Positions 58,032 through 64,000 of a stretch of 64,000 nt of DNA are shown in pieces. The notes beneath the pieces were generated by a model. That model was not told the DNA's origin. It ran no database searches and worked only from the letters and a program-made list of their open reading frames with translations. Where the stretch lies: contig OZ220089.1 of NCBI GenBank assembly GCA_964291625.2, forward strand, positions 4,288,001 to 4,352,000, read 5' to 3'. This stretch comes from Candidatus Latescibacterota bacterium (GTDB lineage Bacteria > Latescibacterota > UBA2968 > UBA8231). Each line of letters starts with the position of its first letter. Position 1 is the first letter of the stretch. The position numbers and the translations under genes were made by a program.

Positions 58032-59405
58032 ATGGCAGAGACAGCCTCATCGAACAACGGGCCCCGGGACCGACGCCGGGCGTTCCTGTGCGGCGCCATG
58101 CTCACCTGGCTCCTGGCCCCGGCCGCGGCCGGGGCCGAGGGCCTCGACTCCGGGGACACGGCATGGATGCTGACCTCCACGGCCCTCGTGCTGTCCATGA
58201 CGATCCCCGGGCTGGCCCTGTTCTACGGCGGCCTGGTGCGCACCAAGAACGTGCTCTCCGTGCTGATGCAGTGCTTCGCCCTGGCGGCGGTGATGACCTT
58301 GGTCTGGGTGGTCTGGGGCTACAGCCTGGCCTTCGACACCGCGGGGATGGAAGCGGGCGTCACCAACGCCGCCTCCTTTGTCGGCGGCCTCGACAAGGCC
58401 CTGCTGCGCGGCGTCGGCATCGACGCCCTCACCGGCACGGTGCCCGAGACGGTCTTCGTCACCTTCCAGCTGACCTTCGCCATCATCACCCCGGCCCTGA
58501 TCGTCGGCGCCTTCGCCGAGCGCATGAAATTCTCGGCCATGCTGCTGTTCATGGTCGTCTGGGTCACCGTGGTCTACGCGCCGATCTGTCACATGACCTG
58601 GAGCGGTGACGGCGCCTTCTTCTGGGACTTGGGCATCCTCGACTTCGCCGGCGGCACCGTGGTCCACATCAACTCCGGCGTGGCCGCCCTGGTGGCGGCC
58701 CTGGTCATCGGCAAGCGCCGCGGCTATCCGGACACCCTCATCCCGCCCCACAGCCTGGTGATCACCGTCATCGGCGCCTCCATGCTGTGGGTCGGCTGGT
58801 TCGGCTTCAACGCCGGCTCGGCCCTGGCCGCCGACGGCGCCGCGGGCATGGCCATGCTCGTCACCCAGGTAGCCACCGCCGCCGCCGCCGCCGCGTGGAT
58901 GGTGGTGGAGTGGATCAAGCACGGCAAGGCGAGCGTCCTCGGCGTCGTCACCGGCGCCGTGGGGGGCATGGTGGCCATCACCCCCGCCTCGGGCAGCGTC
59001 GGTCCCCTCGGGGCCATCGCCATCGGCGCCGCCGCCGGAGTTCTGTGCTTCCTGGGCGCCACCACCCTCAAGCAGCGCCTCGGCTACGACGACTCCCTCG
59101 ACGTCTTCGGCGTCCACGGCATCGGCGGCATGGCCGGCGCCATTCTCACGGGGGTCTTCGCCGCCGAGTCTCTCGGCGGACAGGGCTTCGGCGCTACCGC
59201 CGCCGGAGTGACCCACACCATGGGCGGCCAGGTGTGGGCGCAGATCGTGGGCGTGCTCGTCACCACCATCTACTGCGCCGTGCTCTCCTTCGTCATCCTC
59301 AAGGCCGTCGATGCCGTCATCGGCCTGCGCGTCGACGAGGACGAGGAGGAGCGCGGTCTGGACATCTCCCTGCACAACGAGCAGGGCTACTATTCGGAGG
59401 TTTGA
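58032..59405 (+). CDS. amtB: Ammonium transporter
   Basis: PGLALFYGGLVR, DFAGGTVVHI, WFGFNAGS, DDSLDVFGVHG. Confidence 0.97.
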   Translation: MAETASSNNGPRDRRRAFLCGAMLTWLLAPAAAGAEGLDSGDTAWMLTSTALVLSMTIPGLALFYGGLVRTKNVLSVLMQCFALAAVMTLVWVVWGYSLAFDTAGMEAGVTNAASFVGGLDKALLRGVGIDALTGTVPETVFVTFQLTFAIITPALIVGAFAERMKFSAMLLFMVVWVTVVYAPICHMTWSGDGAFFWDLGILDFAGGTVVHINSGVAALVAALVIGKRRGYPDTLIPPHSLVITVIGASMLWVGWFGFNAGSALAADGAAGMAMLVTQVATAAAAAAWMVVEWIKHGKASVLGVVTGAVGGMVAITPASGSVGPLGAIAIGAAAGVLCFLGATTLKQRLGYDDSLDVFGVHGIGGMAGAILTGVFAAESLGGQGFGATAAGVTHTMGGQVWAQIVGVLVTTIYCAVLSFVILKAVDAVIGLRVDEDEEERGLDISLHNEQGYYSEV

Positions 59406-59416
59406 AGGAGGAGGCC

Positions 59417-59755
59417 ATGAAGCTGCTGAAGTGCATCGTTCGTCCCAACGCGCTCGAGAGGGTCAAGGAGGCTCTGAGCGAGTTGGGCGTGATGGGCATG
59501 ACGGTGAGCGAGGTGAAGGGATTCGGGAGGCAGAAGGGGCACCGGGAGATCTACCGCGGCTCCGAGTACAACATCGACTTCACGCCGAAACTCCAGATCG
59601 ACGTGGTCGTGGCCGACTCGATCGCCCAACGCTCCATCGACGCGGTGAAGGAAGCGGCCGGCACGGGACACATCGGCGACGGCAAGATCTTCGTGCTCTC
59701 CGTCGACGAGGTGGTCCGCATCCGCACGGGGGAGACGGGCGAATCGGCGATCTGA
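59417..59755 (+). CDS. glnK: P-II nitrogen regulatory protein
   Basis: 112 aa; GFGRQKG, YRGSEY T-loop, GDGKIF, RIRTGE; follows amtB. Confidence 0.96.
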   Translation: MKLLKCIVRPNALERVKEALSELGVMGMTVSEVKGFGRQKGHREIYRGSEYNIDFTPKLQIDVVVADSIAQRSIDAVKEAAGTGHIGDGKIFVLSVDEVVRIRTGETGESAI

Positions 59756-60612
59756 CTGGCCCGCCGCCGGCTCCGGCGGAGGCGGCCACCGAAGCCGGGA
59801 CGCGGCTCCTGCGTTGTGAGGACGGCAGCCCCGTGGCCCGCCTCGGGCTGGCGGGGAATCCGAACACCGATCCTCGCTGTGTCTCCGCCGCCTTCGAGGC
59901 GGGCGTCAACCTGTTCTTCTTCTACAATCTCGGCTTCACCGGTCTCGTCGACGGCCTGACGCGCCTCGGGGAACGGAGGGACGCCTTCGTGGCCACCGGC
60001 TCCGAGAGCCGGGACCCGGCGGAGGTGGAGCGCTACCTGTCCCAGGTGGAGGAGCGGCTGCCGGCCGACTCCGTCGACCTGTTCTACGCCGAGTACGTGC
60101 ATCCCGGCGACGACGTGGACGGACTGCTCGCCGACGACGGCGTCGTCGGCCTCCTGCACAGGTGGAAGGAGGCGGGCCGGATCCGCTACGTTGGCGCCAC
60201 GGCGCACAACCGGCCCCTGGCGCGGCGGCTCCTGGAGAGCGGCCGCATCGACGTGCTCATGCACCGCTACAACATGGCCCACCGGGGCGCGGAGGAGGCC
60301 GTGCTGCCCGCCGCCCTGGAGCGGCGCATCCCCGTGGTGGCCTTCACCTGCACACGCTGGGGCGGGCTGCCGGCCGGTCATCCCGGCTGGTCGGGGCCGG
60401 TCCCCACGGCCGCCGACTGTTACCGCTTCGCCCTCGGACACGACGCCGTGCAGGTGGCCCTCACGGCGCCGGGGAGCCTCGAGGAGCTGCGGGCCAACCT
60501 CGCCGTCTTGCGGGAGCCGGACCCCACCGCGTCCGAGATCGCTGGCTGGCGCGCCTACGGAGACTTGGTCTACGGGGCGGGCCGGGACGAGTTCGAGACC
60601 CGGTGGCCGTGA
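59752..60612 (+). CDS. Aldo/keto reductase family
   Basis: VARLGLAG, GVNLFF, GRIRYVGATAH, RYNMAHRGAE; start uncertain (CTG 59752 or GTG 59833). Confidence 0.82.
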   Translation: MTGPPPAPAEAATEAGTRLLRCEDGSPVARLGLAGNPNTDPRCVSAAFEAGVNLFFFYNLGFTGLVDGLTRLGERRDAFVATGSESRDPAEVERYLSQVEERLPADSVDLFYAEYVHPGDDVDGLLADDGVVGLLHRWKEAGRIRYVGATAHNRPLARRLLESGRIDVLMHRYNMAHRGAEEAVLPAALERRIPVVAFTCTRWGGLPAGHPGWSGPVPTAADCYRFALGHDAVQVALTAPGSLEELRANLAVLREPDPTASEIAGWRAYGDLVYGAGRDEFETRWP

Positions 60613-60740
60613 GGCGGTGTATCCGCAAGGGGGGAGGGGCCGTATATTCTCGTGAGACGACGGGATGGACTCTGGTGACGACAAGTGACAGCCCGGCTGG
60701 CCGGCCTGGAGCCGCGCAGCCGGGCCGGTGAACCAGCTCG

Positions 60741-62246
60741 ATGGAAGGCGCCGTCCGCCACAACTGCGGATTCTGCGTCGCCCATACCCTCCACGACGCC
60801 TACTCCTTCATCCGCGCCCTGCAGCACCGGGGCCGGGAAGCGGCGGGGATAGCCGCCGTTGGCGAAGGGCGAATCGACGTCATCAAGTGGTCGGGCGGCG
60901 TCGACCGCTTCGACATCACCGACCTCCACAAGATCTTCCCCAGCCCCAGCTACCACACCTACATGGCCCACGTGCGCTACGCCACGCAGGGCCGCAAGGA
61001 CGAGATCCTCGACGACGCCCACCCCCACGTGCTCGGGGGGCAGGTGGAGGACCGGGGCAGCCACATCCTGATCCGCGACTGCCAGATGGCCGCCGTCCAC
61101 AACGGCCAGATCGACTTCGGGTACTTCGACGGCCTCGATCTCTCACAGATGAAGTCCAAGTGCGACACCGAGGCCCTCCTCTATCTCTACCGGCGCGACG
61201 GCGAGGAGGCCTTCCTGCGCCGGGTCCCCGGCGCCTACACGATGGCCATCGCCGATTGGCGCAAGCGGGACGTGATCGTCCTGCGCGACCGCACCGGCAT
61301 CAAGCCGGGGGTCCTGGGCTGGAAGGACGGCAAGTACGGCGTCGCCTCCGAGGACATCGCCTTCCGCAAGAACGGAGGCGAGTACATCGAGGACCTCGAT
61401 CCCGGGTCGCTCTACTACCTGTCACCGGAGGGGGAGTACTCCAAGGAACTCCTGGTCGAGCCGCAGCCGCGTCACTGCTTCTTCGAGTGGAACTACATCT
61501 CCGACGTCGACTCGATCATCAACCACGTAGCCGCCCGCCGCGTCCGCGAGCAGCTGGGGGAGATCCTGGCCGAGGAGTTCACCCCCTCGGATGTGGACGT
61601 GGTCACTTTCCTGCCGCGGTGTCCCGAGGTGGCGGCGCGCTCCTACGCCCAGATCCGGGGCCTGCCCTTCATGCCCGTGTTCTACAAGATGCGGGGCGAG
61701 CGGTCCTTCCAGGGGTCGACGGCCCGGGACCGGAGGCAGTCGATCGACGACAACCTGCATCTGCTGCCCGGACTGCGCCCGCGCCTGTCGGGGAAGACGG
61801 TGCTGCTCATCGACGACAGCATCGTGCGCGGCAACAACCTGATCCGCGCCCGCAACCTGCTCTACGACGCCCTCGGTGTGAAGAAGGCCTACGTGGCCTC
61901 GTACACCCCGCCCATCGGCATCGTACCCGAAGACGGGGTGCCGCGGGGATGCATGTTCGGCGTCGACATGCCGCCCACGCCGCCGAAAGGCGAGGAGTTC
62001 ATCGCCCGCGGCCGGGAGCCCCGCGAGATCAGCGAGAAGATGGGCCTGCCCGTGGTCTACATCTCCACCCGCGGCATGATGCGCGCCTTCGAGCGTCTGG
62101 GCCTCGAGTCCGGAAGGCTCTGCACCTACTGCATCGGCGGCGGCCACCCCTTCGCAGGCTGCGAGGCCAGTGACTCGGCGGGGGAGAGCCAGCTGGACCT
62201 GCTGACCGTCTCCAGGGCCGCCGCGGCCGGGTCTGCGGGCGGCTGA
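60741..62246 (+). CDS. purF: Amidophosphoribosyltransferase, divergent
   Basis: Short propeptide then CG, LQHRG, HVRYAT, HNG, CFFEWNY, IDDSIVRG, CMFGVDM, CTYC. Confidence 0.85.
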   Translation: MEGAVRHNCGFCVAHTLHDAYSFIRALQHRGREAAGIAAVGEGRIDVIKWSGGVDRFDITDLHKIFPSPSYHTYMAHVRYATQGRKDEILDDAHPHVLGGQVEDRGSHILIRDCQMAAVHNGQIDFGYFDGLDLSQMKSKCDTEALLYLYRRDGEEAFLRRVPGAYTMAIADWRKRDVIVLRDRTGIKPGVLGWKDGKYGVASEDIAFRKNGGEYIEDLDPGSLYYLSPEGEYSKELLVEPQPRHCFFEWNYISDVDSIINHVAARRVREQLGEILAEEFTPSDVDVVTFLPRCPEVAARSYAQIRGLPFMPVFYKMRGERSFQGSTARDRRQSIDDNLHLLPGLRPRLSGKTVLLIDDSIVRGNNLIRARNLLYDALGVKKAYVASYTPPIGIVPEDGVPRGCMFGVDMPPTPPKGEEFIARGREPREISEKMGLPVVYISTRGMMRAFERLGLESGRLCTYCIGGGHPFAGCEASDSAGESQLDLLTVSRAAAAGSAGG

Positions 62247-62572
62247 GGTCCCGCTCCGGCGGGGGCGCCTTCTCCAGAAGAGAGCCGTTCCACAGGGGTG
62301 CCGTTGCCCTCGAGGGCATGTGCTCCGGTACGGTCGGCAGCTGAGCCCGGGCGTCACGGAAGCGCTCTCCATCAAGACCCCTCCCATCCCCAAGGCTGAC
62401 TTGCCCTGTTGGGCATGGTCACCCGGGCCCGTACCCGCCGAGGCTGCAGCTGGGGCGGATGCCGAACGCCACGACCGGGCGCCGGCCAAGCCATGCCTGC
62501 GGGCACGCGGCACCCGGGAGAGCGGGAGAGGTGGCCCCCCAACTCCCGGTGGTCCGGATCAGGAGGGTGCGG

Positions 62573-63394
62573 TCAGCACTCGGCGCCGCGCACCTCGCCG
62601 CCGTAGACCTGCATCCGTGCCTCGGTGGTGGTCTCTTCGGCGGCGGCGGGGCGGTAGTGGAACTGCAGGGCCCAGCGGCGGCGGCGGGAGTGGTTCACGG
62701 GACTGCCGTGGTGGGTCAGGCCGTGCCACAGGAGGATCCCCCCCGGGGGGAGGGGCACCACCACGTCGCGGCCGGGGGCGACGTCGGTGTCGCAGATCTG
62801 CCAGTCGCGGCGGTTGAAGTGGTTCCTCGGGCCCTCGCGGTGGGAGCCGGGGATGACGTGAAGGGCGCCGTTGGCCGCCGTCGCCTCGTCGAGGGCGATC
62901 CACAGGCCGATGACGGGCGTGTCCAGGGAGACGTTGAAGTAGGCCATGTCCTGGTGCCAGGGCTTCTCCCGGCCTCCCGGCGGCTTGAGCAGAGCCATGT
63001 CCTGGAACATCCGCGGCGTTTGCCCATCCATGAGGGAGCTCACCAGGCCCAGCAGCCCCGGGTCCTCGCTCATCTCCTTCAGCGCCGGATGGTAGTCGAC
63101 GAACTTCATCAGCTTGCGCACGCCCAGGCGCCGCCGCCGGGGCGGCCACGGCCGGCGGCCGCCGGCCTCGAACTGCAGGCCGCGGAAGGAGGGATCGCCG
63201 CCGTCGATGAGGGAGTCCACCGCGGCCCCCGCCGCCCGGATCCGCTGCCGGGAGACGGCCCGGCGCACGGCCAGGTACCCCTGGTCGTGGAAGAAGGCGC
63301 GTTCCGCCTCGCCGACGGAATCGAGACTCTCCACAAGCCGGGCGGCGCGCTCGTCGTTGTAGAGGCCCGCGGGGTGGGGGAGGGCTTCCGTCAT
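62573..63394 (-). CDS. Phytanoyl-CoA dioxygenase (PhyH) family
   Basis: KPWHQD, WIALD, NGALHVIPGSH, HHGS..N.S..RR. Confidence 0.92.
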   Translation of the reverse strand: MTEALPHPAGLYNDERAARLVESLDSVGEAERAFFHDQGYLAVRRAVSRQRIRAAGAAVDSLIDGGDPSFRGLQFEAGGRRPWPPRRRRLGVRKLMKFVDYHPALKEMSEDPGLLGLVSSLMDGQTPRMFQDMALLKPPGGREKPWHQDMAYFNVSLDTPVIGLWIALDEATAANGALHVIPGSHREGPRNHFNRRDWQICDTDVAPGRDVVVPLPPGGILLWHGLTHHGSPVNHSRRRRWALQFHYRPAAAEETTTEARMQVYGGEVRGAEC

Positions 63395-63618
63395 GACCGC
63401 TTCTCACCGCCGCCGTTGCCGCGGTGGCGGACCAGGATCGCCGCCGGCAGGATCACGCAGTAGCCGGCCACCAGCAGGATGGGGGCCGCCGTGAGGGACA
63501 GGAATCCGTCGACGGGGGGTATGCGCAGCAGCACGTAGCCGAGGGCGATGACCGCCAGGCCGACGAGGAAGAGGATCCAGTTCCGGCGGGTGAAGGGCAG
63601 TGTGGGGGGTGGTGACAC
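63391..63618 (-). CDS. Small membrane protein (DUF3098-like)
   Basis: FTRRNWILFLVGLAVIALGY...LSLTAAPILLVAGY. Confidence 0.75.
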   Translation of the reverse strand: MSPPPTLPFTRRNWILFLVGLAVIALGYVLLRIPPVDGFLSLTAAPILLVAGYCVILPAAILVRHRGNGGGEKRS

Positions 63619-63629
63619 GGGGCTCTCCT

Positions 63630-63977
63630 TCAGCGCTTCTCGCGGATGCGGGCGGAGCGTCCCTTGCGGTTGCGCAGGTAGAACAGGCGCGCCCGGCGCA
63701 CGCGGCCCTGGCGCAGGCGCTCGATCCTCAGGATGCGCGGTGAGTGCAGGGGGAAGATCCGCTCCACCGCCACGCCCTGGCTCACCTTGCGGACGGTGAA
63801 GGTCTCGTGGATGCCGCTGCCCTTGCGCTGGATGACGTCTCCCTCGAAGACCTGGGTGCGCTCCTTCTCGCCCTCGATGACGCGGACGTGGATGCGCAGC
63901 GAGTCTCCGGGCAGGAATTCAGGGAGATCGGTGCGCACCTGATCGGCGGTGATCTCCCGCAGTATGCCAGTGTCCAT
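63630..63977 (-). CDS. rplS: 50S ribosomal protein L19
   Basis: [40 protein letters not shown]. Confidence 0.98.
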   Translation of the reverse strand: MDTGILREITADQVRTDLPEFLPGDSLRIHVRVIEGEKERTQVFEGDVIQRKGSGIHETFTVRKVSQGVAVERIFPLHSPRILRIERLRQGRVRRARLFYLRNRKGRSARIREKR

Positions 63978-64000
63978 TCAAACCCTCTCTCTCTCCAGTG

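Noticed and set aside
62247-62572. Intergenic GC-rich hairpins as an ncRNA
   Set aside because: No recognisable tRNA, SRP, 6S or riboswitch motif; such stems are expected by chance at this GC content.

Overview
High-GC bacterial chromosome window. The PorV/UPF0164-type protein, many PhyH/heparinase/enolase genes and a long secreted ankyrin protein suggest an FCB-group organism such as Latescibacterota, possibly host- or sponge-associated (inference only). Contents in order: a partial AAA ATPase; a copper-resistance operon (Cys-rich leader ORF, cusC/B/A-like RND genes, a small PCYCGC-like protein, copA); an ankyrin gene; manA-manC; nadX with an aminotransferase; an uninterrupted lnt-tatC ORF; radC; sodN-pcm; a housekeeping run (ecfT, truA, htrA, psd, pssA, tatA, gatA); a lower-GC defence island (orphan MNT, two coupled TIR genes, single-chain RM enzyme, a two-gene TIGR02391 module); a catabolic cluster; a patch of decayed accessory genes with aac(3); polA followed by two Rieske paralogues; amtB-glnK; a divergent purF; and rplS. 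The most notable signals are: (1) a probable selenoprotein (in-frame UGA in a UxxC motif with a SECIS-like hairpin) between cusA and copA, which the ORF track truncates; (2) a Cys-rich leader ORF whose stop is followed directly by a perfect 9-nt anti-Shine-Dalgarno for cusC; (3) an Lnt-TatC fusion; (4) a TIR-TIR pair with no visible effector. No rRNA, tRNA, CRISPR array or transposase was seen. All family assignments come from motif recognition by eye, not database searches.
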